A stretch of DNA of 64,000 nucleotides. Origin: a virus. Both the position numbers and the translations under genes were made by a program. This document shows, one piece after another, positions 26,770-36,114 of the stretch (position 1 is the first letter of the stretch; every line of letters begins with the position of its first letter). Location: positions 37,744 to 101,743 of the IMG/VR virus record IMGVR_UViG_3300045902_000666; one strand, 5' to 3'. The notes under the pieces are model-generated. The model was not told the origin of the DNA. It ran no database searches and saw only the letters and a list, made by a program, of their open reading frames with translations.

Positions 26770-27243
26770 TTACAACTTTTTTTTTAAATCTATACTATGA
26801 ATTGTGAAAAACTTTCTATAGTCTTTCTTTTTAAGAACATACACTTTAGTGTTGCTGCCAGGGTCACCGCAATTTTCTTTAATTTGAGGCTTTAGTTCTT
26901 TTAATATTTTTTTCAAATTGCTGGTTTTAATATTCCAGATTTCTCCAAAATGATAAAAATAAGTAACAAAATAATCTGCTTCAGTAACAGATATTCCAGA
27001 AGGTTTCCCTCTACTTTCAAATTCTATAACTATATTTCCAGTATCACGAGGATAAATGTCTGTTTTTATTTCATAAGTATATTCTTTGTTTTGATAAGAC
27101 ATTTTTAAATCATATCTATAATCAAAACACTCGCCAATAAATTTAAAATTTTTATCTTCTAAAAACTCTCTTATGATTAGCTGACCTTTTTCCCCAAAGG
27201 TAATATCTTCTTTGAAATTATACTTGCCGCCTTGTAGTGCCAT
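26770..27243 (-). CDS. PD-(D/E)XK nuclease-like protein
   Basis: YDL..YEIKTD...TGNIVIEFESRGKPSGI. Confidence 0.55.
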   Translation of the reverse strand: MALQGGKYNFKEDITFGEKGQLIIREFLEDKNFKFIGECFDYRYDLKMSYQNKEYTYEIKTDIYPRDTGNIVIEFESRGKPSGISVTEADYFVTYFYHFGEIWNIKTSNLKKILKELKPQIKENCGDPGSNTKVYVLKKKDYRKFFTIHSIDLKKKL

Positions 27244-27306
27244 AACTAAATTAAAAATACAAAATTTTATCAATAAAAAAAAGGCCTCTTTATGAGACCT
27301 TTCTTT

Positions 27307-27906
27307 TTAGATTGAATACTTTATTTCATCATGTTTTATTTCTAGATAAACCACAAGCACATCATCATTTTTATATTGCAAATAAATTGGGAAATGTACG
27401 CTTTCTACTTTTGCTGATTTCAGCATAATTGAAAATACAGGTTTTTCCAATCTATCTAAAACAGCCACTGTAATATCTCCTAAAGAATTACCTTTTTTTA
27501 ACTTTAAAAGTTTTTCATAATTATCTTTTGATAAATAAATTTCAACTGTAGATGAATCATATCTTTTAGCCTTAGATGTAGTTCTAGATTTTACAACAGA
27601 TGCTGGGCCGTTGTAAGAAAAACTTCTAATAGTTTTAGGGTCCACACCCGGAATATTAACAACAAAAAAGTTAGCAACTATATATTCTGGAATCTCAGGT
27701 AAATATTTTAAGTCAGTTACCTCAATTGTCTGTTTGTTATCATAAGATAATTCTTCTACAGTTGTAGGCAATGGAGATTCCCCTAATGTCCATTCATATT
27801 TTCCAGTTTCTGGATTTTTAACCAACTTTCTAGGTTCATTCGTATTTTCTTGTTTTTCAACGTTTTTTGGCTCACTTCCGAACCATTTTCTAAAGATAGA
27901 TTTCAT
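27307..27906 (-). CDS. Hypothetical protein
   Basis: 199-aa ORF. Confidence 0.55.
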   Translation of the reverse strand: MKSIFRKWFGSEPKNVEKQENTNEPRKLVKNPETGKYEWTLGESPLPTTVEELSYDNKQTIEVTDLKYLPEIPEYIVANFFVVNIPGVDPKTIRSFSYNGPASVVKSRTTSKAKRYDSSTVEIYLSKDNYEKLLKLKKGNSLGDITVAVLDRLEKPVFSIMLKSAKVESVHFPIYLQYKNDDVLVVYLEIKHDEIKYSI

Positions 27907-27962
27907 AAAACTGTGTGTTTAATTTTTTAAATAAATATTTATGATAAAAAATAATAGATAAA

Positions 27963-28322
27963 ATGGAAAAAATCAAGAGTTTATTAAAAGGACAATGGGA
28001 ATGGATTAAGTACACTAAATTAGGAAAGCTCATCTATTCTTTAGCCCTAGCATTTGGTTGTTTTGGATTAGCAAATGTCTGGGATTTCATGTTTTATGTA
28101 GGTTGGGTATTTATGCTTTATCCACTAGGATTATTTTGTGTAATGATGGCTTATGCATGGGTTATAAACCCAATACGTGACTGGAAAGAAACTAAAAAAA
28201 TGAGAGAAGAGGCAGATAAAGCAAAAACAGAAACGACAACTGTTGCAAAAACAATAGCCCCTTCTACAGAAGAAACAAAAACAACTTCTCCTAAAAAGAG
28301 AGGTCCAAAAAAGAAAAAATAA
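27963..28322 (+). CDS. Two-TM membrane protein
   Basis: Two hydrophobic helices and a basic tail. Confidence 0.6.
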   Translation: MEKIKSLLKGQWEWIKYTKLGKLIYSLALAFGCFGLANVWDFMFYVGWVFMLYPLGLFCVMMAYAWVINPIRDWKETKKMREEADKAKTETTTVAKTIAPSTEETKTTSPKKRGPKKKK

Positions 28323-28323
28323 T

Positions 28324-28692
28324 ATGAAAGAAAAACCTAAAAAATATTTTTTCGGCTGGACCAATATCAAATGGGCTATAAAAGAGTTCTTTGATATGTA
28401 CAGCAATACACCAAGCTATTTCAGTAAAAAAAGATTTGAAAGCTCTATGGCTTTTTTATCTGCCATGTTTTTAATACTAGGACATGCTATTTACAATAGA
28501 AACACTATAACTAACTCTGAAATACTTGCAGATGCCACATTGCTATTTATAATAGCTGGCTATACAGTTAACCAAATTCAAAAAGAAAAAAAGGAACCTA
28601 CAAATGTTAAGCAACCTGACACAACAAAAAAAGAGGAGTCAAAAACAGATTCAAAAAAAGAAGATTATTCAAAAGATGAAGATGCAGTATAA
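28324..28692 (+). CDS. Two-TM membrane protein (holin-like size and topology)
   Basis: SKKR followed by two TM segments and a charged tail. Confidence 0.55.
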   Translation: MKEKPKKYFFGWTNIKWAIKEFFDMYSNTPSYFSKKRFESSMAFLSAMFLILGHAIYNRNTITNSEILADATLLFIIAGYTVNQIQKEKKEPTNVKQPDTTKKEESKTDSKKEDYSKDEDAV

Positions 28693-28717
28693 AAAAAGCC
28701 CGGATTTATTGGGCTTT

Positions 28718-29053
28718 TTAATTGTATAATGTCGAGTTTTCTTCTATTATTTTTAGATTTGTTTCAATCTGCTCACATGTTTTTTTAAAACTTTTAACAT
28801 CGTTATGGTTTAACATAAACCATTCTCCAAGTAAATTACTATAATCATCTGGGAGATATTTGCTTGTTTGAAATCTTCTATGGAGTATAGCCTCTATTTT
28901 TGTTGCTCTTGATGTATGATAAAAATCTATTAAAATAATCTTAAAAGGATTACCAGTTTGCAGAGATTCAATTCTTAATTTAGGGTCTTTTTTTGTAAAT
29001 CCTATTTTATAAATTTCTGTCCCTTCTATTTGGGCTAAGTAAATATATTTCAT
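28718..29053 (-). CDS. T5orf172/GIY-YIG-like protein
   Basis: YIYL...YKIGFT..P..RI.SLQTGNP...E..LH...GEWF. Confidence 0.75.
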   Translation of the reverse strand: MKYIYLAQIEGTEIYKIGFTKKDPKLRIESLQTGNPFKIILIDFYHTSRATKIEAILHRRFQTSKYLPDDYSNLLGEWFMLNHNDVKSFKKTCEQIETNLKIIEENSTLYN

Positions 29054-29090
29054 AATAAAATATACTACAGCTTAAAAATAAAATAAAGCA

Positions 29091-29471
29091 CTATTGAATC
29101 TCATTTTTTGGAAGGTCTAAGAAATATTTAAAACCTGTGAATGGTTCTATTTTAAATTTCTGCTCAAAAGAATATAAATAAGGCACAAGGTTTAAAGTGG
29201 TCATATTATTTTCGCTGTCAATTTTATTAATATACATCCAACCTTTTACTTCATCGTTATAAACTAAATAGCACTTTTTCTCAACTCTTGTTTTTGGAGT
29301 TCCGCTTAATTGTATTTTAAAATAATCAGCTTCAGATTTTAAATTTATAAAACTATGAATATAATCAAGCCAACTTATTTCCATCGGAAGAGATACTAAT
29401 AAATCTCTGTATTTAGAATATAAAATATCATTTATAGTTCCCATGCTTATAAATAATATTCTAAAAAACAA
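29091..29471 (-). CDS. Hypothetical protein
   Basis: ORF; start probably at the internal MGTIN. Confidence 0.5.
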   Translation of the reverse strand: MFFRILFISMGTINDILYSKYRDLLVSLPMEISWLDYIHSFINLKSEADYFKIQLSGTPKTRVEKKCYLVYNDEVKGWMYINKIDSENNMTTLNLVPYLYSFEQKFKIEPFTGFKYFLDLPKNEIQ

Positions 29472-29515
29472 AAGCCCCAGATTTCTCTGAGGCTTTTTTA
29501 TAAAATTAGATTTTA

Positions 29516-31111
29516 TTAATCTAACTTAGAGTAGTTATTGATTGTGTTAATCAAAACATTCTTGTCTTGCTCTGCAACCTTCATAAGGTCAAAAACTTTT
29601 TCAGAGAAACCAGCTAAGGTTATAACTCTTTCGCCTTTGAACTGAAGTGTTGGAGAACCTTGCAAGTCAAAGTTATATACGAATGGGTTACATCCATATT
29701 TTGACTTATATTGGTTCAAGTATGTTTGACTAGCATCCATTTGCTGCCAAGCTTCACCGTCAGAAAGAATAATCAATCTGTCGTATTTCTTGTTCAACTT
29801 TTGGAAGAATGCGTGATAGCTTGTACCACCCATATTCTTATGATTGAACTGCTTGTTAATTGTGAATATACTATCTCTCAAAGAGAAGTTAGTATATTCA
29901 GCTGCTGTACCGAACAATACAACATCAGCGTTATTAGACTTAGCTAAGATAGCTGCAAACAAACCACCAATTTGTGTTGGTCTTCCGCTCATAGAGCCAG
30001 AACGGTCATAAATAACACAGGTTTCACCTGGTAATTTTGGAACGTTCTCGCAAGCGATTTCAATTGCATCTTCAAGAGCTTGAACAATTTTTCTTGATTC
30101 CTTGGAACCAAATTTGTTAATCTCTTCAATTGCAGTTGTGAATCTGAATGGAAGAACCAAAGAGTTTCTAATTAACTTAACATCAACCAAAAGTGCACAT
30201 GCTTCATCTACAAGCTCTGGAGCTTGAGTCATGATGTTTCTTAAGTTCTTCAAAAGAGCCATGTAACTGATTTTTCTAGTCTTAATCAAAGATGCCCAAG
30301 CCTCCTTTTTCAATTCATCTTTTTCATCTTCTGATTCAGCTTTCTTACCAGCTTCAGACAACTTAGCTTCCCAAGTTTGAGTGTTCTTAAGAGCACCAAT
30401 CATCAAAGCCTCAATAGCATTGATTGGGTATGTTTCTTTCTTAGAAGCTTTAACTTTTTTAATCAAAGCTTTTAATTCTGCAACTCTTTCTTTATTCTTT
30501 CTTGCGGTAGCATTTTCCAAAGAAGCATTTAATGTTTCTAGGTACTCTGCTCTATCAACTTCAACCATACCGTTATGCTCTACGTAAGATGGGTGAACGA
30601 TATTAGCAACGTCAATCAAGGAAATTTCTTTACCTTCACCACGATATTTAGCTAATTGATAAGCATCAAATTTTTCGAATGCTTTAGCAAAACCTTTCTT
30701 TAAAGAGTTTGGCAATGACTTATTTTTCTTGTTACCGAAGTAAACAGAGATAATTTCAGTCATGTCATCTGGTCTACGTACAACTTGTGCATAGAACTCT
30801 TTACCCCAAGGCTGACCAGAAATATACTTAGCAAGCTCTGCTCCTAATACGTGAGTAATAGAACGCATACCGAACTCGTTTCTTGCATAAATAGCTGCCT
30901 TAGCTGCAAATTTTGCATCTACTTTAGATAAGCAAGCAGACATTCTGTTAAGAGTATCATTGCTTGTTCTGTAGAACTGGTCCTCAACAAAAGATGTTAA
31001 AAGGATAGTAACCAATTCTAATTCTGCAGACTTTGTGTAAGCCTGACCACCTGCATAATTCACTGTTGGAATTCCTGAGGTTGGAGTTTTTTTGGTGTTG
31101 AACTTTGACAT
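29516..31111 (-). CDS. TROVE-domain (Ro60/Rsr-like) RNA-binding protein with vWA domain
   Basis: N.AGG.AY, YARNEFGMRS, FDAYQLAKY, TWE..LS, YMALLKNLRN, VLPFRF; vWA MIDAS DRSGSM...SDGE. Confidence 0.9.
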   Translation of the reverse strand: MSKFNTKKTPTSGIPTVNYAGGQAYTKSAELELVTILLTSFVEDQFYRTSNDTLNRMSACLSKVDAKFAAKAAIYARNEFGMRSITHVLGAELAKYISGQPWGKEFYAQVVRRPDDMTEIISVYFGNKKNKSLPNSLKKGFAKAFEKFDAYQLAKYRGEGKEISLIDVANIVHPSYVEHNGMVEVDRAEYLETLNASLENATARKNKERVAELKALIKKVKASKKETYPINAIEALMIGALKNTQTWEAKLSEAGKKAESEDEKDELKKEAWASLIKTRKISYMALLKNLRNIMTQAPELVDEACALLVDVKLIRNSLVLPFRFTTAIEEINKFGSKESRKIVQALEDAIEIACENVPKLPGETCVIYDRSGSMSGRPTQIGGLFAAILAKSNNADVVLFGTAAEYTNFSLRDSIFTINKQFNHKNMGGTSYHAFFQKLNKKYDRLIILSDGEAWQQMDASQTYLNQYKSKYGCNPFVYNFDLQGSPTLQFKGERVITLAGFSEKVFDLMKVAEQDKNVLINTINNYSKLD

Positions 31112-31184
31112 AATTTTTGTCTTTTTAAAAGTTAAACTTTGTTTTGTTTTTGTTTTTATATGTTAATTTAGGACATATACAAAT

Positions 31185-31219
31185 AAAAAAGGGATACCGT
31201 TTTGCAACAGTATCCCTTC
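31185..31219 (-). terminator. Intrinsic terminator after the ncRNA array
   Basis: AAGGGATAC/GTATCCCTT hairpin with T-run on the minus strand. Confidence 0.75.
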
Positions 31220-31226
31220 TAAAGCT

Positions 31227-31302
31227 TTGCGGGATTGATGATGTGGGTGTCTTTTTTGAAATTTTCAGAATTTTCGAAGTAACCCAGTATCTTGCCACAC
31301 AA
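31227..31302 (-). ncRNA. Y-RNA-like stem-loop, unit 1
   Basis: TTGTG-TGGCAA-GATAC-TGGGT-TACTTCG...AAAAAAGAC-ACCCA...ATCC-CGCAA. Confidence 0.65.
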
Positions 31303-31373
31303 TTTCCTACGGTCAGGCTAACAAAAAACAGCCGAAACTGTTCAGGGTATTGCCATCCCGTTTATATAACTTT

Positions 31374-31446
31374 AGTAGGGATAAGTACAGTGAGTGTCTT
31401 TTTTGTAATAAGCATTTACGAAGTAACTCAACCGTTTGCCACTACT
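31374..31446 (-). ncRNA. Y-RNA-like stem-loop, unit 2
   Basis: AGTAG-TGGCAA-ACGGT-TGAGT-TACTTCG...AAAAAAGAC-ACTCA-CTGT..ATCC-CTACT; covaries with unit 1. Confidence 0.65.
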
Positions 31447-31480
31447 TAATATCAATATGTTTAAAGAACTAAAGGAACAA

Positions 31481-31508
31481 TTATACGCAAATATACGAAA
31501 AAGGTTCC
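31481..31508 (-). promoter_or_regulatory. ECF-like promoter followed by boxA-like GTTCTTT (31463-31469)
   Basis: GGAAC-N16-CGTATAA directly upstream of RNA units 2 and 1. Confidence 0.7.
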
Positions 31509-31537
31509 ATAAAAATCAATTTTTTTTTAAAATTTTT

Positions 31538-32260
31538 TTGAGGGATTGGTGTAGAGAGTATTGTGAACTACCCGTTGCCTAAAGGCGAAGGGGCTTCAAA
31601 TAGAGGTAAATGAGAATATCACTTACATATTTTGAACTTTTCGTACTTCAACGATTCCTTTTCTCTGACAAGTCAGAGTTGTGCAGGACATCTCGATACG
31701 CTCAACAGGTCGTCCCAAACCTTGAACTTAATTCGCACAAATATTTTAATATGTTTGAAGGTTTTACGGAAACACAATTTTGTTTCCAACCAAAATACCT
31801 CAAAGAACTTATTTGCAAATATACAACAATTATTTCAAAATGCAAGTGATATTAGGAGGTCGCTTACATCCCCTTGCCTAAAGGCGAAGGGGTTTTACGC
31901 TCAAATAGATAAAAAATTTTGGACGTTGGGATAGTTTGGTTAAGCGACATCAATTTATCCTTACGCATAAAGTTTAGAGATTTACTGTAAGGTATGACCG
32001 TATACGTTTTAAGTCTATATACATCGACTGTAGCTTAGTAAGGTCAGCTAACTTTACCCTACGCTTTAGGATTCGTAACTCCCACATGGCTTTTGTAGTC
32101 ACAGAAAAAGCGTGAACCGTTTCTGCCCTCTAATCAGCTTCACAGGAATGGCCTCCACTGATTAAACCGTACAACTTCATTAGACTTTCATCCTCCATTA
32201 TACAGCTTGTTTTCATGATATTTGTTTATACGAAGTATCTCAAACACCTTGCCACAACAT
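31538..32260 (-). ncRNA. Y-RNA-like unit 3 with ~320-nt structured insert, interrupted by a MITE
   Basis: 5' TGGCAA-GGTGT-TT-GAGA-TACTTCG (32231-32254) pairs with 3' TCTC-T-ACACC-AATCCC (31542-31557). Confidence 0.55.
31563..31908 (-). mobile_element. IS605-type MITE without ORF (ends, promoter, omega-RNA-like segment)
   Basis: Ends resemble element 18731-20043 (GTGAACTACCC; GGTCGCTT.CATCCC); TTGCCTAAAGGCGAAGGGG at both ends; inserted 3' of TTTAT. Confidence 0.75.
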
Positions 32261-32444
32261 TTCCAAAATTTCAATTACTCAAAGAACAATCATTATATAT
32301 AGTTGCAAATTTATAAAATCTTATGAATATAGAAAAATTTTTTTCATTTTTTTTATAAGTTGCTGATAATCAGATAGAAAAATTTTTTTTAATTTATTTT
32401 TACCTAACAAAAACACGACTCTATTTATTAATAAACTTTATCTT

Positions 32445-32690
32445 ATGAAAGAAGGCGGAGAAGAAACTAAAGAAAAAATCATTTCACCAAACCCTAAAGA
32501 CGGTGAAGTATACGAATTTGGCTACTTAATCGGAGTTATTTTAGATTATTATGAATCTTCTAAAAGTAAAGTAGAAGATGGTGAAGCATGGAAAAAAGGA
32601 ACTGTTTATGAAGAAAGAATAGTTCCCGAAGAAATTGATTCACATATCAAAAGAGCATTTGCAAAGCAGCTGAATAAATTTTGCAAATAA
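32445..32690 (+). CDS. Hypothetical protein
   Basis: 81-aa ORF with TATTTAT upstream. Confidence 0.5.
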   Translation: MKEGGEETKEKIISPNPKDGEVYEFGYLIGVILDYYESSKSKVEDGEAWKKGTVYEERIVPEEIDSHIKRAFAKQLNKFCK

Positions 32691-32709
32691 TTTGATATAT
32701 TTATAGTAT

Positions 32710-33537
32710 ATGTTCCAGGACAACAACATATTACTATTAATATTTTCGTTTTTACCAGCGCTAATATATTCTTATGTTATAGCGTCTAACTCACCAGTAA
32801 ACTCCCTCAGTAAAAAAAGCAGTGTAGCTTATATTTCAATGGGATTTCTTTCTATTTTTTTTATTACAACTCTTCACTTTTTATTTCCACACTTTCACGA
32901 CCTAATGTTTGTGAATCCTATTGATTCAGTTGTAGTAGGAAATAAACTAATAGAAGTATATGAGCCAACTTTATCATCTATTGTAATACTAGCTTTTTTT
33001 CAAGTTGCTTTTTTTGAAGAGTTTTGTAAATGGGGAGCTTATAGAACCGGGTGTTATATTCGTGGAAAGTATAATAATTATGATGAACCATATGCAATAA
33101 TGTTTTATTCATGTATGGTCTCGGTAGGGTTTGCTTGTTTAGAAAACATACACTATGTTCAAAACGCTTTATTTGCTAATAATCAAATAGGCTCAAATAT
33201 AGACCCAGTTTATTTATTGTTTTTACGCTCTGTATCTGCAGTAATAATTCATATGGCATGTGGAATCATTTCAGGATTCTTTATGGCATTAGGAAGGAAG
33301 AAAAACGCTTTAATGAACTCTCTATATAATTTTATAGGTGTTATATCAGCATCTATAATACATGGTATTTATGATTTCAATTTAATGAAACCAAATAGCA
33401 ATAAAGATAATATAAAAATATTTGATGGTTTTGAAGTTCACTTCTCTAGCTTAATAATTATAGCAATGTGTTTGGTTTTGTGCTATATATTAGCCAGTAT
33501 CCTAAAAAAAGAAACTATTAAATCGCAGGAGATATAA
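32710..33537 (+). CDS. PrsW-family intramembrane glutamic/metalloprotease
   Basis: Multi-TM; EEFCK, GFACLEN, two conserved His (IIHM, IHGIYD). Confidence 0.85.
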   Translation: MFQDNNILLLIFSFLPALIYSYVIASNSPVNSLSKKSSVAYISMGFLSIFFITTLHFLFPHFHDLMFVNPIDSVVVGNKLIEVYEPTLSSIVILAFFQVAFFEEFCKWGAYRTGCYIRGKYNNYDEPYAIMFYSCMVSVGFACLENIHYVQNALFANNQIGSNIDPVYLLFLRSVSAVIIHMACGIISGFFMALGRKKNALMNSLYNFIGVISASIIHGIYDFNLMKPNSNKDNIKIFDGFEVHFSSLIIIAMCLVLCYILASILKKETIKSQEI

Positions 33538-34078
33538 TATTTTCATTTTTTATTTTAAAAAACAACTCTTCATACAAACAAGCAATTACATCCTGAAGGG
33601 TGAACTTAGTTTTTAATTCCAAAGTTGTGTATTCGTTATATTCAAGTTTCATTTTCTCATCTATGAGTACTGGAATATCTCCTATTTTTTCATAACCTAA
33701 ATCGCCACCCTCACACTCATTCAATGTAACAATTGGTGTTATGCATAGAAACTTAGTTTCATCATTTTCAACAAAATCATCACTTTCTATTGTGAAAGCT
33801 TTTGAAAAGGTTATTGATTTATACGGTTTATTAAATTTACCAATACTCGTAAAAGCTCTTAATGCTTCATATTCCTCTAAGTGATAGGCAGAGACATATT
33901 GCTTTAAACCATATAAAGAATGCAATAATTCACTTAGAACAATTCCATCTTCTAATGTAACATTTAAAGCTAGAAAACCCATAAGGTATTCATTTAAATT
34001 TTTTACTTCTTGTGTATTGACAAGAACACCATCTAAGTATAAATTTGAATCCCTACCTATCCTTAAAAAATTACTCAT
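33518..34078 (-). CDS. Hypothetical protein
   Basis: 186-aa ORF. Confidence 0.55.
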   Translation of the reverse strand: MSNFLRIGRDSNLYLDGVLVNTQEVKNLNEYLMGFLALNVTLEDGIVLSELLHSLYGLKQYVSAYHLEEYEALRAFTSIGKFNKPYKSITFSKAFTIESDDFVENDETKFLCITPIVTLNECEGGDLGYEKIGDIPVLIDEKMKLEYNEYTTLELKTKFTLQDVIACLYEELFFKIKNENIISPAI

Positions 34079-36114
34079 AATTTCACAACAACTTTATTGT
34101 TATCCTTTCTATCCATATTCAATTTTAACACAGAACCAACTGCAGGTTTTTCTAATAATATAAACTTAGCTATAGTTGTTTCTATGTAAGTGGTAATAGC
34201 TCTTTTTAGTGGTCTTGCGCCATAATCTTTATCATAACCATTATCTAATAAGAATTTTTTAACAGAAGAGCCTATATTTAATTTATAACCTTTATTTGAA
34301 ATTCTATCAACAACCTTTTTAAGTTCATTATCAACAATCTTCATAATATTATCTTCTGTTAAAGGCTTAAATACAACTTTTTCATCTATCCTGTTAATTA
34401 ATTCTGGTCTAAAATGCTTCTTCAATTCACCCATAACCTTATCAACAATATCATCATTTTGATTGCTTCCAACTAAACCAAAACCAAGTTTTCTTTCAGA
34501 AAGAATTTTTTCAGTTCCAATATTAGAAGTTAATATGATAATAGTGTTTTTAAAATTAATTTCCTTACCATGTGAATCAGTTAATTTACCTTCATCTAAT
34601 ACCTGCAACAAAATATTATAAATATCTGGATGAGCTTTTTCTATTTCATCAAATAAAAGCACACAATATGGTTTGTTCTTTATTTTTTCAGTAAGTATAC
34701 CTTTTTCTTCATGACCAACATAACCTGGAGGTGAGCCTATTAATTTTGTTACATTAAACTTCTCCATATATTCAGACATATCAAATCTTACAAACGACTC
34801 ATCAGTGTCAAATAAATATTTAGCAAGTGTCTTAGCTAAATAAGTTTTACCAACACCAGTACTTCCTAAAAATAAAAATGAAGATATTGGTTTGTCTGGG
34901 TCTTGGATACCTATTCTTGAACGCTGTATAGCGTCTACGATTTTATGAACTGCCTCATCTTGTCCAATAACCGTTTCAGTTAAATATTTCTCCATAGAAA
35001 TTAACTTTTCATTTTCCGAGTCAGTTAATTTATTTAAAGGTATTCCAGTATGAGATGCAATAATTTTTGCTACATCTTCAATAGTAACAACAATTTTCAT
35101 CTCTTTCATTTTTTGTTGCCACTTAACATTCTCCTCTTCAATTAAAGCTTGTGTTTCTCTTTCTTTATCTCGATATGTTGCAGCTCCTTCATAATCCTGA
35201 ATCTTTGCTGCTTCTTTTTTCTTATCTCTGATTTCTACCAAAAGATTTTCTAATCTTTTAATTTCTTCTGGAAGTGTTACGTTTTTAAGTTTAACCATTG
35301 AACCAACCTCATCAAGTAAGTCAATTGCTTTATCCGGGAAATTTCTATATGTAACATATCTATCAGAAAGTTCAACACACTTTTCAAGAACTTCATCAGA
35401 ATAAGATACAGCATGATAATCTTCATACTTATTTCTTATTTGTTTTAAAATCTGAAGAGTTTCAACTTTGGTTGGTATATTTACATAAACCTTTTGAAAT
35501 CTTCTTTCTAAAGCGCTATCTGATTCAATAACCTTTTTATATTCATCTACAGTAGTAGCTCCGATACATCTCATATCTCCTCTAGCTAAAGCAGGTTTAA
35601 TAATATTTGCTGCATCCATAGAACCAGAGGCCCCACCTGCACCAATTACATTGTGAATTTCATCAATAAAAATAATAATATCAGGATTTCGTTGAACCTC
35701 TTTTATAATCTCTTCCATTCTCTGTTCAAACTCTCCTCTGTATTTAGTACCAGAAACAATTGAAGTTAGGTTTAATTCAATTATCTTTTTATTAAAAAGC
35801 CATCTATCAACTTCTTTATTAAAAATTCTAAGAGCTAAACCTTCAGCAATGGCAGTTTTACCAACACCACTTTCACCTACTAATATTGGATTATTCTTTT
35901 TCCTTTTATTAAGAATTTGTATTGTTTGGTCAATTTCACTTTCTCTTCCAATAACGGGGTCTAATTTCCCAAGAGAAGCTAACTTAGTTAAATCTTTACC
36001 AAAGTGGTCTAATACAGGAGTATTTGACTTGCTATTTTTTTTGAGCTTATCTGAACTTGGCTCCTCATCTTCAGAACCATCAAATGCTCTTCTTCCTTTA
36101 TCCATAAAAAACAA
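34075..36114 (-). CDS. clpC: ClpC-like Hsp100 AAA+ ATPase lacking the N-terminal domain
   Basis: Walker A GESGVGKT and GSTGVGKT, GTKYRGEFE, UVR-like middle domain, PPGYVGH, LGF ClpP-docking loop. Confidence 0.85.
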   Translation of the reverse strand: MFFMDKGRRAFDGSEDEEPSSDKLKKNSKSNTPVLDHFGKDLTKLASLGKLDPVIGRESEIDQTIQILNKRKKNNPILVGESGVGKTAIAEGLALRIFNKEVDRWLFNKKIIELNLTSIVSGTKYRGEFEQRMEEIIKEVQRNPDIIIFIDEIHNVIGAGGASGSMDAANIIKPALARGDMRCIGATTVDEYKKVIESDSALERRFQKVYVNIPTKVETLQILKQIRNKYEDYHAVSYSDEVLEKCVELSDRYVTYRNFPDKAIDLLDEVGSMVKLKNVTLPEEIKRLENLLVEIRDKKKEAAKIQDYEGAATYRDKERETQALIEEENVKWQQKMKEMKIVVTIEDVAKIIASHTGIPLNKLTDSENEKLISMEKYLTETVIGQDEAVHKIVDAIQRSRIGIQDPDKPISSFLFLGSTGVGKTYLAKTLAKYLFDTDESFVRFDMSEYMEKFNVTKLIGSPPGYVGHEEKGILTEKIKNKPYCVLLFDEIEKAHPDIYNILLQVLDEGKLTDSHGKEINFKNTIIILTSNIGTEKILSERKLGFGLVGSNQNDDIVDKVMGELKKHFRPELINRIDEKVVFKPLTEDNIMKIVDNELKKVVDRISNKGYKLNIGSSVKKFLLDNGYDKDYGARPLKRAITTYIETTIAKFILLEKPAVGSVLKLNMDRKDNNKVVVKL

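Noticed and set aside
31303-31372. Hammerhead ribozyme between Y-like units 1 and 2
   Set aside because: Small hairpins and a GAAA are present but the CTGAnGA core is missing.
31227-31446. CRISPR array
   Set aside because: Repeats are not identical, change compensatorily as structured RNA does, lack regular spacers, and no cas genes are present.
31144-31934. Plus-strand ORFs 31144..31449, 31610..31849 and 31632..31934
   Set aside because: Antisense to the ncRNA units and MITE; no protein features.
31909-32271. tmRNA, RNase P RNA or group I intron
   Set aside because: No tRNA-Ala-like ends, only a partial GAAAGTC resemblance to RNase P P4 without its partner, and no convincing P7 pairing.
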